From IMG/VR virus record IMGVR_UViG_3300037482_000237, positions 1 through 35,983 of that record: DNA of 35,983 nucleotides; one strand, given 5' to 3'. The stretch is from a virus. Lineage: Duplodnaviria > Caudoviricetes. The notes beneath the pieces are model-generated. The model had not been told where the DNA came from and did not search any database. It worked only from the letters and a program-made list of their open reading frames with translations. The position numbers and the translations under genes are program-made. This document shows positions 16,672-25,990 of the stretch, piece by piece. Position 1 is the first letter of the stretch; each line of letters starts with the position of its first letter.

Positions 16672-17112
16672 TCAGACGGGGGTGGTGATGCGGATGCCGT
16701 CGAGCCACACGAGGGTGGTGCCGCTACCTGCCTCGGTCGGTACGGAACCGGTGAGGGTGCCGGACGTCATGAAGCCGGTCCGGACCGGGAAGTGATCAGA
16801 GGCCGATCCGCCGGTGGCGAACTCGCGCTCGACTGACACCCGGTGTCCGACGTCGAAGGTGAACATGGTGTGGGTCGTATTGGCCGTGAGGGCACCGCCA
16901 GACACCGTGATGCGGCCTTCGAGCACCCACACCTCGCTGCCCAGCTCGCGAAGTTTCCGCATCCGCGGCGGCATGGCAACGTTCGCCGAGAAGTTCGTGG
17001 CGAAGCTGCCGAGGTCGGCCAGGTCGGTCCACTCCATCACCTCCTCCACGATCCGGGTGTTCAGCTTCAGCGCGGTGACTGTCTCGCCCGCGAGGAATGC
17101 TTCATATGCCAT
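16672..17112 (-). CDS. minor tail protein
   Basis: FLAGETVTALKLN N-terminal anchor motif; beta-rich C-terminus; follows the large tail protein. Confidence 0.7.
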   Translation of the reverse strand: MAYEAFLAGETVTALKLNTRIVEEVMEWTDLADLGSFATNFSANVAMPPRMRKLRELGSEVWVLEGRITVSGGALTANTTHTMFTFDVGHRVSVEREFATGGSASDHFPVRTGFMTSGTLTGSVPTEAGSGTTLVWLDGIRITTPV

Positions 17113-17124
17113 CAGGTGCCTCCT

Positions 17125-19866
17125 CTACAGCGCGACGATCATGGGCTGTGCAAGGCGCACCGCAGCACCGGCCGCATGGGATTTGACGATGCCGTTGACG
17201 GAACGGACGACCGTCGCGGTCTGCGGGGACGCCGTGCCCGTGATCGCCATGACCGAGACCCGCTCCCCGCCGATCGCGAGCTCGAAGGGGAACTCGTCCG
17301 GGTAGCCGGTGCTGTCGATCCACCGCGGCCCGCTCGTCGTGACCAGGTTCAGGCTGGTGTCGTCCGTATCAATCCCGGCGCCGAGGTCCGTGCCGGCTGT
17401 GTCCGCCTTGCCGAGGACCGGATCGTCGAGGACGCCGACGGTCCACGGTGCGGCTGGGGAGCATACGGCGGTCGTGATCCACCGGGTTGGGGTGATCTGG
17501 TCCCTGAATCCGCGTACGAGGAGTTCGACTGGTTCGGGGCTGTGCTGGGGCGGCAGACCGGCAACGGTGATCTTGTCGCCCTGGATGAGGCCGAGCCAGC
17601 CGTCAATCTGGTCGGGGGCGAGCGCGAGTTCGGTCGTCACCGACGAGTAGCGCATCCCCTGCGTGGTGCCCAGATGCACGCGCCACTGCGCGACCGGTCC
17701 GGTCTGAGCGTCCTCGAACAGGTTGAACGTGACCTGCTCGGGCCGGCTCCCCACCCGTGCCACTGACGCGTCGTCGACAGCGCGAGCGGAGGAGCCTCCG
17801 ACCCGGGTGACGGTGCTGTCGTTGCGGACGCGCTGATCGTCCAGTACGGGCTGGAACGGGTTGGCCACCTGCTCTACCTGGGCGTCGAGTTCCCACAGCG
17901 GGTCCTGGCTGTAGAGGTTGGTGCGCGTGCGGTACTCCAGGCCGAAGCCGTCCCGCTGTTCGCCCAGGATGCCGCCGTCGGCCAGGGCGCATTCCTCGAT
18001 CAGCTTGATGAAGTCGCCGGGGAGCTGCGGGCCCATCTGTTCAGTGTCGGAGGCGAAGCCGCGCAGCAGCAGGGGAAGGTCTTCTTCGGCTGCGAGGCGG
18101 ATGAGGCGGTCACCCGCGCGTTCGCCGTTGAATCCGGTGTCGGCGTCCTGGTAGGGCAGTGCTGAGAACGCATCGGTGCCGTCGGGGAAGACGGAGACGT
18201 GCCCGACCCGTAGATCAGGGATCGTGCCGAACGTGGTGTCGATCTGGGTGACGTAGCCGATGACGGCCGAGGTGGTGTCAGAGCCCTGTCCTGCCTGGCC
18301 GCCGATGTTGAACCAGGTGACGGTCCAGCGGACCGTGTCGAAGTCTTCCTGGACGCAGCGGAGCTGAAGCCGGTTCCATCCCTCGAACACGTCCGCGCCG
18401 ATGGCGAAGCTGCTGTTGACCTGGAGGATGCTCTCGAAGTCGAGGCCCTGGACGGTGGCGACGCCATCGCGCTGGAGAACACGCCAGCGGCGGATCGTTC
18501 CTGTGGTGCGGAACTCAAGGAACTTCTGGTCGCTGCCCGGCGCGGAGCTGACCATGTAGATCATCTCGACCATCCAGGAGACCGGGGACTCCTGGACAGG
18601 TACCTGGCCGGTCATCCGGCCGCCGGCTGCGACCGCCGGAAGCGGCTTCGATCCGGCGAGTGTGGCGTCCTGCGCGAAGGTGAACCCGATGACCTGCATC
18701 GGACTGCCACCGGACAGCGCGGATGCCGCCGCGCTGGCGTCCTCTCCGTCTTCCATGGGCCAGTACGCCAGCGGCCCGAACGTCGGCAGGCGGCGCCGTA
18801 GCGTCGATTCCAGCTCTTGGGAGTTCTGCCGCAGCCGTCGGAGTGCTCCGGAGACGACAAGGGAGACGCGTGCCTCACCGTTCTGCTTGCTGTCCGACAG
18901 GTCGCCGTAGGGCCATGTGGGCGCCCAGGAGTCGACGTTGCCGACGAAGGGGATGACCCAGTTCGTCACCACGGCCGGGGCGGTCACCGTCCACACGCGG
19001 CCCGCAGCATCGGTGAACCCGGTCGTCCCGTCGCTCAGGACGGTGAAGTCCGGGTTGGCGACGACCGTTCCGTCGATGCCGTCACGGACCTCCATGCGGT
19101 ACACCGAGCCGGTCGGGACGAGGAACGGGGGGATCTCCAGGGCCGAGGTGCTGTCGAAGATGGAGGTGACGCCGCTGCCGCTGAACGTGAAGAACTGCGT
19201 CCACGGGCCGTCCAGGCTGACGGCGTGGTAGAAGCGCACGGTCCAGCCGCCGGCCCCGTTGTCGACGTCGAGCGTCGCCCGCACAGCGGCCCGGCGCGGC
19301 AGCTGCGGCAAGAGCTCTGCGACGAACAGTCCGCCGCCGCTAGTGCCGTCCGTGGACCAGACGATGAAGAGGAACCCGTCCTGTACCAGCATGCGGTACG
19401 ACCGCTGGTCTCCGGCGTCGAGGGCCTTCGACAGCAGGATCTGCGCGCCCGCCGCGTACCAGTCGATCTCTCCTTCGAACCTGAGGTCGATGTCCCCGGT
19501 GATGTCCAGTACCGGATCGTCCGGGGTGGAGACCTGCGAGCCGTCGGTGCCGTCGAGGACGAGGCGCGTCGTCTGGGCGCGCAGGCTGTAGCGGAACGGG
19601 ACACCGAGGATGACGTCCGGGTAGTGGGCGCCGAGCGGATAGTCCGGGGTGAAGTCGCCGTCCGGGTTGTCCAGCTCGACGCTCATCGTCCCCGGCGTCG
19701 GGGACGATCCTTCGTTCTGCTCGCCGTGGGTGATGGTGATCTGCTGGGCGCGGAGAGAGCCGGTCACGTCCGTCCACGTCCACGTGGTCGGGTCGCCCGC
19801 AGGCTCGGCGCCGAACGCGAGCTCGGCCCGGTGCTCAACAGTTCCGGCAGGAAACGGTGTCGTCAC
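17125..19866 (-). CDS. large minor tail/baseplate protein with LamG/ConA-like domains
   Basis: True start GTG 19866 with GAGGAG RBS (913 aa); WTDVT...ELDNPDGDFTP and LAYWPMEDG motifs; follows the tape measure gene. Confidence 0.8.
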   Translation of the reverse strand: MTTPFPAGTVEHRAELAFGAEPAGDPTTWTWTDVTGSLRAQQITITHGEQNEGSSPTPGTMSVELDNPDGDFTPDYPLGAHYPDVILGVPFRYSLRAQTTRLVLDGTDGSQVSTPDDPVLDITGDIDLRFEGEIDWYAAGAQILLSKALDAGDQRSYRMLVQDGFLFIVWSTDGTSGGGLFVAELLPQLPRRAAVRATLDVDNGAGGWTVRFYHAVSLDGPWTQFFTFSGSGVTSIFDSTSALEIPPFLVPTGSVYRMEVRDGIDGTVVANPDFTVLSDGTTGFTDAAGRVWTVTAPAVVTNWVIPFVGNVDSWAPTWPYGDLSDSKQNGEARVSLVVSGALRRLRQNSQELESTLRRRLPTFGPLAYWPMEDGEDASAAASALSGGSPMQVIGFTFAQDATLAGSKPLPAVAAGGRMTGQVPVQESPVSWMVEMIYMVSSAPGSDQKFLEFRTTGTIRRWRVLQRDGVATVQGLDFESILQVNSSFAIGADVFEGWNRLQLRCVQEDFDTVRWTVTWFNIGGQAGQGSDTTSAVIGYVTQIDTTFGTIPDLRVGHVSVFPDGTDAFSALPYQDADTGFNGERAGDRLIRLAAEEDLPLLLRGFASDTEQMGPQLPGDFIKLIEECALADGGILGEQRDGFGLEYRTRTNLYSQDPLWELDAQVEQVANPFQPVLDDQRVRNDSTVTRVGGSSARAVDDASVARVGSRPEQVTFNLFEDAQTGPVAQWRVHLGTTQGMRYSSVTTELALAPDQIDGWLGLIQGDKITVAGLPPQHSPEPVELLVRGFRDQITPTRWITTAVCSPAAPWTVGVLDDPVLGKADTAGTDLGAGIDTDDTSLNLVTTSGPRWIDSTGYPDEFPFELAIGGERVSVMAITGTASPQTATVVRSVNGIVKSHAAGAAVRLAQPMIVAL

Positions 19867-19880
19867 AGGGGATGCTCCTC

Positions 19881-22274
19881 TCAGCGGGGGTTGTAGCCGA
19901 GGGCGGTCTGCACGATGCCGCCGCCCTCGGTGCGGACGTTGTTCTTCAGCCACTCCCACAGCGCGGACGGCATGTTGGAGCCGTCGATGACGACGGTGGT
20001 ACCGGCCGGGGCGGGGGCGCGGGCGCCGGCTGATACGCCGGGCAGCATCGATGCGGGGGCCGGCATCGATGCGGCGGTGCGCTCGCCCATCGCGGTGAGT
20101 ACACCGAGGTTGTCTTCCCAGCCGACGGCGATACCGGCCGGGACCCAGCGGCCCACGGCCTTGGCCATCAGCTTGGACGGAGAGCCGATGCCGAGCGCCT
20201 TGGCGATAGGTCCGGGGATCATGGTGCGGGCGAAGGAGATGAGCTGGCTCTTGAGCCAGCTGCCCATCGACTTGATGCCGTTCAACAAGCCCCGGACGAC
20301 GTCCTGCCCCTTGCTGAACAGGAGGTTGCCGAGGTTGCCGATAGCGCTGGCGATCCGGCCGGGGAGCCCCTTGACCCACGCCACCATCTCGAGCGCCTTG
20401 CGTACGGTGCCGTCCTTGATGGCCTGCCAGTGCTTGATGATCAGCCCCGGCAGAGTCCAGTTCAGGAAGAGCGCGATGATCTTCCCGGGGATGCCCTTGA
20501 CCCAGTTGACGACGGCGTTCCAGATCTCCATCGTCTTCGTCCTGATCGTGGACCAGTGCTTGATGATCAGACCGGGCAGAGTCCAGTTCAGGAAGAAGTC
20601 GACGATCGCCTTGCCGATGGCCTTGAGCTTCTCCCACACCCAGTCCCACGCGGCCTTCGTGAACTTCACGATGTCGTCCCAGTAGATGATGATCAGAGCC
20701 ACCAGGCCGGCGACCAGAGCGATCACCAGGCCGATCGGCCCCATCGCGATCAGCCACTGCGCCGCCATCACCGCCGCCCACACCACCGCACGCGCGGCCA
20801 TCAGCACGAACTGGGCAACCGTCATCAGCGCCGTGCGCACCACCTGCAGAGCGAAGGTCACCATGCTCCGCAGCGCGGCCCCGAGCCATGCAGCCGCCAC
20901 CGTCGCGGCGTTCGCCACCGCTCCGGCCGCCATCGCGATCCACGCACCCACCGTGGATGCGGCGGCGCCGATCTGCGTTCCGGCCGATGCCAGCGCCGAG
21001 GCACCGCTGCTCACCCACGCGGCCACCGTCGTCGCCGCCGATACGGTCGCGTTCACGGCCATCAGCACCAGCGCCGGAATCAGCAGCCCTGTGATAGCGG
21101 CGCCGACGATCTTCACCGTGTCCTCGTTCTTCTTCATCCAGCCGATGAAGTCCTCCACGACGGGGATGACCTGGCCGCCGAGGAACTCCACGAAGGCCTG
21201 CGACAGCGTGTTCTGGAACGCGGTCAGCCGAGCCCCGGCGTTGTCTCGCAGCGAGTCGCCGAGACCGTCGGCGGCCCCGGCTGTCACACCCAGGGCTTGC
21301 GTCGCCTTGCTCGGGTCGAGGGCCAGCAGCGCCTTCTGCATGTCCTCGCTCTTGGTGCCGAACAGCTCTGCTGCTGCGGCGTCCCGCTTGATCGGATCCT
21401 CCATCGAACGAAGCCGGTCAAGGGTCATCTGCAGGGCCTGAGTAGCCTGCGGGCCGCCCTGGCTGATGAGGCTGATCATGTCCTTGCTGTTCAGCCCGAT
21501 GGCCTTGAAGCCGTCGACCATCTTCTGTGACCCGGCCACACCCTCGATCGTGAATTCCTTGAGGGCATCGGCGACCACATCGGTGTCCCGGGCGCCGGCC
21601 TTGAGGCCCTGCGACATCAGCCCCGTCGCGGTGGTCGCGTCGAACCCGAGCCGCTGGAAGATCACGGAGTACTCGTTGAAGGTATCCGCGATGTCGTCCG
21701 CGCGCGGGCCCATCGTCTGCAGCCCTTTGGTGATCACATCGAGCGCGGTCTGCGCGTTCGGCGCCAGACCGGTCTTCATGATCTGCCCGACCGCGTTCGC
21801 GGACTGCCCAAGGTCCAGCTCGAACGTGCCCGCCAGGTCGGACACCTTCGTACTGATCGACTCGATCTGCGCGTTGGTCGCGCCCGGCGGCAGCAGACCC
21901 GAGCGCATGGTGACCGAGATCGCATCCGCCGCGCCCTGGAAATCCGTTGTGATGCCCTTGGCGAACAGCTGGCCTGCGACCTTGCCGAACTTCTCCGCCT
22001 CCGCAGGGGTCGCCCCCAGCTGCGCACCCAGACGTCCGGTGATCTTCGACTGGTCCAGGGCCTGACCGACCCCCAGTACGAGGGCCGCACCGGCCGCGAC
22101 CCCGGCGCCCAGGAGCACCGTCTTGAACGCATCACCGAACCGAGATCCCGCTTGTCGCCCTGCAGTCTGCGCCGGGCCCCGTACGGCCTGGTTCATCGCG
22201 TCCGCCGCGGCCGGACCGAACCCGCGCATCGAGGGGACGAGCCGGACGAACGCTACGCCGATTTCTTCGGCCAT
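19881..22274 (-). CDS. tape measure protein
   Basis: ATG 22274 with AGGAGG; EIGVAFVRLVPS N-terminus, Ala/Gly-rich helices, Trp-periodic repeats, C-terminal LGIGSPSK. Confidence 0.93.
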   Translation of the reverse strand: MAEEIGVAFVRLVPSMRGFGPAAADAMNQAVRGPAQTAGRQAGSRFGDAFKTVLLGAGVAAGAALVLGVGQALDQSKITGRLGAQLGATPAEAEKFGKVAGQLFAKGITTDFQGAADAISVTMRSGLLPPGATNAQIESISTKVSDLAGTFELDLGQSANAVGQIMKTGLAPNAQTALDVITKGLQTMGPRADDIADTFNEYSVIFQRLGFDATTATGLMSQGLKAGARDTDVVADALKEFTIEGVAGSQKMVDGFKAIGLNSKDMISLISQGGPQATQALQMTLDRLRSMEDPIKRDAAAAELFGTKSEDMQKALLALDPSKATQALGVTAGAADGLGDSLRDNAGARLTAFQNTLSQAFVEFLGGQVIPVVEDFIGWMKKNEDTVKIVGAAITGLLIPALVLMAVNATVSAATTVAAWVSSGASALASAGTQIGAAASTVGAWIAMAAGAVANAATVAAAWLGAALRSMVTFALQVVRTALMTVAQFVLMAARAVVWAAVMAAQWLIAMGPIGLVIALVAGLVALIIIYWDDIVKFTKAAWDWVWEKLKAIGKAIVDFFLNWTLPGLIIKHWSTIRTKTMEIWNAVVNWVKGIPGKIIALFLNWTLPGLIIKHWQAIKDGTVRKALEMVAWVKGLPGRIASAIGNLGNLLFSKGQDVVRGLLNGIKSMGSWLKSQLISFARTMIPGPIAKALGIGSPSKLMAKAVGRWVPAGIAVGWEDNLGVLTAMGERTAASMPAPASMLPGVSAGARAPAPAGTTVVIDGSNMPSALWEWLKNNVRTEGGGIVQTALGYNPR

Positions 22275-22286
22275 GGCGGACACCTC

Positions 22287-22679
22287 CTAGGAGCGGGCGG
22301 AACCGATCTTGGCGAGTACTGCCATGACCTCGGCCGGGGACTTGTCCGTGCGGCCCGTGCGCAGGCCGGGCTTCTTCGCCAAGGGCGACAGCGGCTTGGG
22401 CCTGTTGCGGTTCTTGCTGCCGTCCTTGGACCGCATCCAGTTCGAGGCGCGCAGCTCGTCGACAGCGAGGTACAGCAGGTGGTCCGTACGGTCGATGCCG
22501 TCGCCGCCGCTGGTCTGCGCGGTGACGCTGCCGGGCCGATGCAGGTACGCCTCGTGAAGACCTGAGATCCGTCCCAGTGGGTAGGCGTCGAGGTGGGACG
22601 GGGCGCCGTTCAGGATCAGGTCGAGCGTGAGCGCCTCGGCCGCGTCCGGGGAGCAGACGACGGCGAGGCCGCTTTTCCC
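22287..22679 (-). CDS. tail assembly chaperone, -1 frameshift extension (GT-like)
   Basis: Entered through slippery G-GGA-AAA at 22679-22673; ends RPKPLSP...VLAKIGSARS just before the tape measure gene. Confidence 0.8.
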   Translation of the reverse strand, partial: GKSGLAVVCSPDAAEALTLDLILNGAPSHLDAYPLGRISGLHEAYLHRPGSVTAQTSGGDGIDRTDHLLYLAVDELRASNWMRSKDGSKNRNRPKPLSPLAKKPGLRTGRTDKSPAEVMAVLAKIGSARS

Positions 22680-22933
22680 GACCGCCCGCCGTGCTCCACC
22701 CACGCCTTGGACAGCTCGGCCTGAACACCGACGGGCATCTCGTCCATGGCGTCGATGACGTCCTGTTCGACGAGCTCGGCGATCACGGTCTCGTCGCCGG
22801 CCTTCAGGCGCTTGCCCTGTGCGCCGGTGAGGGTGTTGATGTTGGGCAGTTCGTACGGCTCGCCGTCCATGCCGGTGAACTCGAACGGCTCGCTGGACAG
22901 CTGGCCTGCGATCTTTCGGGCGTCGAACGCCAT
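22616..22933 (-). CDS. tail assembly chaperone (G-like)
   Basis: Between the tail tube and tape measure genes; AAGGAG RBS; SGK slippery codons. Confidence 0.85.
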   Translation of the reverse strand: MAFDARKIAGQLSSEPFEFTGMDGEPYELPNINTLTGAQGKRLKAGDETVIAELVEQDVIDAMDEMPVGVQAELSKAWVEHGGRSGKAASPSSAPRTRPRRSRST

Positions 22934-23012
22934 GCGCGGATCTCCTTACAGGTGCGCGCGGAAAGGGGTGGAGCGTCCCGGGGGCACTCCGCGCGAGATG
23001 CCCCCGGGACGC
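22934..23012 (-). promoter_or_regulatory. hairpin/pseudoknot in the chaperone leader
   Basis: Perfect 14-bp stem 22973-22986/22999-23012; the loop is complementary to 22955-22962 and to 22934-22940. Confidence 0.6.
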
Positions 23013-23026
23013 GATCAGGAGGGGGG

Positions 23027-23587
23027 TCAGGATCCGATGTCCTCGCCCCAGGCCGCGCTGTTGGAGAACTTGGTCATGAGGTTGCCGTTGTCGTCCGGGT
23101 AGGCGGTGAGCGTCACCGGGTACATGACGGCGTCACCGGAGGTGTAGGGGACTTCGCCACGCCCGGTCAGCTCGCCGTTGCCGATGTAGAGGCGGATCAC
23201 GTCGTCGCCGTCGACGACGTTGAGGACGAAACTGCGGGGATCGGAGGTGGCGGGCTTGACGTCGATCTTGAACTCGAGGCCGTTCGCCTCCACCTGCGAA
23301 CCGGGGTAGAACAGCTCCAGGTTGGAGCCGCGGGTCTGGATCAGGGTGCAGGCCAGGGTGAGCGTCGACTCGGTCCGGGCCGCGCGCACGGTGGTGGCGT
23401 TCTGCCAGGCGATGATGTTGTCGACCGAGTCGTCCCAGTTCTCGGTGACACCGTCCTCGGACACGTAGCCGTGCCCGAGGAACGCGGCGTCCAGGACGCC
23501 ACTGGCGTCGGTAGGGGCGGTCGTTCCCCGGGGAGCGGACAGCAGCTCACCGGTTCTTGCCACCCGTACTTCTTCTGCAACGAGCAT
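23027..23587 (-). CDS. major tail (tube) protein
   Basis: APRGTTAPT...HGYVSEDGVT...IIAWQ...YPVTLTAYPD, typical actinophage tail tube; AAGGAGG RBS. Confidence 0.9.
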   Translation of the reverse strand: MLVAEEVRVARTGELLSAPRGTTAPTDASGVLDAAFLGHGYVSEDGVTENWDDSVDNIIAWQNATTVRAARTESTLTLACTLIQTRGSNLELFYPGSQVEANGLEFKIDVKPATSDPRSFVLNVVDGDDVIRLYIGNGELTGRGEVPYTSGDAVMYPVTLTAYPDDNGNLMTKFSNSAAWGEDIGS

Positions 23588-23619
23588 GACTAGAGCCTCC
23601 TTGGCGATAGGGTCTGCAC

Positions 23620-24465
23620 ATGGCCAAGCTGTGCACGATCGATGGGTGTGATCGGCGGGCTGTTGCTCGCCGTCTCTGCGGGATGCATTACCGGCGCTGG
23701 GAGCGGGGGGCGCCTGTTGATGCGCCGCTTACGGACGCTCGGAAGCCGCCGCCGCCCGATGGGCTCTGCACCGTTGCCGGTTGCGGGAAGCCGCACCGGT
23801 CGCGCGGTTACTGCGGGACGCACTACGGGCGTTGGCGCATCCATGGGGACCCCGAGGCACCCGCCCTCCCGAAGTCGAACCAGTTCAGCGGCACTCGCCC
23901 GACCTGCTCAGTCGAAAGGTGCGAGGAGAAGGCGACGCGACGCGGGTGGTGCAGGCCCCATTACCTGCGATGGCAGCGTCATGGTGACCCAACCGCAGGG
24001 CGGCCGACTCCTCGCAGAATGAACGGGGATCCGGTGTGCATCGTGGAGGGCTGCGAGAAGCTGCGTCAGGGCAAGAACGCCGAGTGCGGTATGCACCGGT
24101 CCCGGATGCAGAAGTACGGCAGCTACGACGCCGTGCACGCCCGCACCCGTGAAGATGGAACCCGCATCGTCGACCACCATGGCTATGTCCGCGTCAAGAA
24201 GACCGGGCACCCCATGGCGATGGGCAAGCGCGAATGGGTATTCGAGCACCGTCTCGTAATGGCCGAACACCTGGACAGGCTGCTCCTGGACTCCGAGTCT
24301 GTGCATCACATCAATGGCGACAAGACAGACAACCGGATCGAGAACCTGGAGTTGTGGGCAGGCATCGGCAAGCAGCCGTCCGGTCAGCGCCCCCGGGACC
24401 TCGTCGCGTGGGCCCGCGAGATCATCGAACTCTATGGTGATGACGTGGAGGCCGAGAAGCTCTAG
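23620..24465 (+). CDS. HNH homing endonuclease with four N-terminal Cx4C..C..HY.RW repeats
   Basis: EHRLVM...VHHINGDKTDNRIENLELW (HNH_3 type); antisense to the late operon; leaderless TAGGGT-N6-ATG. Confidence 0.9.
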   Translation: MAKLCTIDGCDRRAVARRLCGMHYRRWERGAPVDAPLTDARKPPPPDGLCTVAGCGKPHRSRGYCGTHYGRWRIHGDPEAPALPKSNQFSGTRPTCSVERCEEKATRRGWCRPHYLRWQRHGDPTAGRPTPRRMNGDPVCIVEGCEKLRQGKNAECGMHRSRMQKYGSYDAVHARTREDGTRIVDHHGYVRVKKTGHPMAMGKREWVFEHRLVMAEHLDRLLLDSESVHHINGDKTDNRIENLELWAGIGKQPSGQRPRDLVAWAREIIELYGDDVEAEKL

Positions 24466-24470
24466 CCGTG

Positions 24471-24866
24471 TCAGGGGGCCGGTTCGACCGCGTTGTCGGC
24501 GCGGACGAGGAGGCTGTACGTCGCCCACGCACGGGGCGAGTTGGTCACCGGGTCGTCGTCCAGGCGGGGGCCGAGGAACTCCGAGACGCGGTAGCAGGGG
24601 AAGCCGAGCAGGGTGGTTCCGGACAGCGCCCACACCGCGGCACGCACTTGCAGGGCAAGGTCCATGGCGGTCTTGTCGTCCGGGCCCCAGGCCCAGATGT
24701 CCATGCGGGCCGAGTCCCGTACGGGGGGTGTGGCGGCGCCGCCGACCCGGCGGACCTGCACGAGCTCCTGGGGGCGCGGGTCGGGTACCCGGGAGACCAC
24801 CGGGACCGGGCCGACGATCGTCGTCAGATAGGTGATCAGGGCCTCGTTGACGTCGGGGAAGGTCAC
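24471..24866 (-). CDS. tail terminator
   Basis: GTG 24866; VQVRRVGG...MDIWAWG...AMDLALQVR; synteny. Confidence 0.8.
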   Translation of the reverse strand: MTFPDVNEALITYLTTIVGPVPVVSRVPDPRPQELVQVRRVGGAATPPVRDSARMDIWAWGPDDKTAMDLALQVRAAVWALSGTTLLGFPCYRVSEFLGPRLDDDPVTNSPRAWATYSLLVRADNAVEPAP

Positions 24867-25069
24867 ATCGCCTCCACCTCGATGGGCCCGGTGATGGTGT
24901 GCAGCGGCACCCACAGCACCTGCGACGGCTCGGGCTTGAGGATCAGGCAGCCCTCATCGACCCGCGGCGGCTCGATGACCTCAACCTCCGTGCTGATGCC
25001 GGGCCCGTTCGGCCAGCGCACCCGGAAGGACGGCGGTGGTGGTTCAGTCCCGCGCTGCATCGATGGCAC
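24863..25069 (-). CDS. small hypothetical protein
   Basis: Fills the gap between neck genes; stop overlaps the tail terminator GTG. Confidence 0.45.
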   Translation of the reverse strand: MPSMQRGTEPPPPSFRVRWPNGPGISTEVEVIEPPRVDEGCLILKPEPSQVLWVPLHTITGPIEVEAM

Positions 25070-25343
25070 CCCCCAGGATGCGGCGGTCCCGCTCGATCCG
25101 CAGAGACGAGGGGTGGATCGCGATGACGGTCGCTCCGGCCCGGCTGCTGCCGGTGTAGGTGTCGGCGATGACGCGTACCGGGTCGGGGGTGTGGCTGTCC
25201 GCGGTGGCGGCCTGGAACTGCGGTTCGGCCACGGCCTTCACGTTGTCCGCGCGGCGCTGCAGCTCGGCCCGCACCCCTTCGGAGCGCAGCAGCGCGCGGG
25301 CGCCGCGGGAGTTGAGCCGGAAGCTTTCGATGACGCGGGCCAT
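25044..25343 (-). CDS. tail completion/neck protein (HK97 gp10-like)
   Basis: FRLNSRGARALLRSEGVRAELQRRA; synteny. Confidence 0.75.
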   Translation of the reverse strand: MARVIESFRLNSRGARALLRSEGVRAELQRRADNVKAVAEPQFQAATADSHTPDPVRVIADTYTGSSRAGATVIAIHPSSLRIERDRRILGGAIDAARD

Positions 25344-25352
25344 GACGCACTC

Positions 25353-25742
25353 CTATCCGTCGATGATCTTCAGCGCGAGCTCGGTGTGGTGCGGCGCCAA
25401 GGAGCCGGCGGCCGCCATGGCGAGCGGGTTGTAGGAGGGGCCCGGCTGGCCGTCGATTTCGAAGACGACCGCGCCGCCCGGCGAGTCGGCCCACTCGATC
25501 CGAGCCCTGCGGTTGACCGGGCTGTGGTTGGTCACCATCAGCCATTTCTCCTGCAGCGGGTCCGCGCCGATCACGGTGACCAGGGTGCGCTGCGTCTGCT
25601 CCAGCCACGCCTTCACCCCGGTGGTGCGGGTCGCCCCGGCGCCGTAGTCGTAGACCGTGTTGCCGTACGAGTCGGTCGACGTCGCCGGGTCCACGACCGT
25701 GATGGTGTGCGGCAGCAGCCGTCCCGGAACAGCGGAGGTCAC
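25353..25742 (-). CDS. head-to-tail stopper (head closure)
   Basis: DSYGNTVYD...FEIDGQP...HHTELALKIIDG. Confidence 0.8.
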   Translation of the reverse strand: MTSAVPGRLLPHTITVVDPATSTDSYGNTVYDYGAGATRTTGVKAWLEQTQRTLVTVIGADPLQEKWLMVTNHSPVNRRARIEWADSPGGAVVFEIDGQPGPSYNPLAMAAAGSLAPHHTELALKIIDG

Positions 25743-25990
25743 CCGGTCCCCTCCTCATCGTCCTCGTCGACGTAGCCGTTGTTCTCGATCTCCTGGGCGG
25801 CCGTCAGCATGCCGAGCCCGCTGATCCAGTCCAGCGACTCCGACCTCGCCTTGAGCAGGGCCACGTCACCGTTGGACTTGATGACCTTCAGCAGGACCAG
25901 GGCGTCCGTGGGCAGGTCGCCATCGCCGAGGGGGGCGCGGGTGCCGAGGGAGTCCAGGAGCTGCCCGATCAGCTCGCCATCGCTGCTCAT
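25739..25990 (-). CDS. small acidic hypothetical protein
   Basis: Coupled between the adaptor and stopper genes. Confidence 0.6.
   Translation of the reverse strand: MSSDGELIGQLLDSLGTRAPLGDGDLPTDALVLLKVIKSNGDVALLKARSESLDWISGLGMLTAAQEIENNGYVDEDDEEGTG

Noticed and set aside
20428-20595. Duplicated segment encoding FLNWTLPGLIIKHW
   Set aside because: Ordinary tape measure internal repeat; not a CRISPR array or a DGR template/variable pair (no reverse transcriptase in the window).
17125-21018. 1297-aa giant tail protein as listed in the ORF track
   Set aside because: The first ~380 aa overlap the tape measure gene out of frame; the SD-supported start is GTG 19866.
23620-24465. Group I intron or intein carrying the HNH
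   Set aside because: The flanking genes are intact, the ORF is intergenic and antisense, and there is no room for a ribozyme core.
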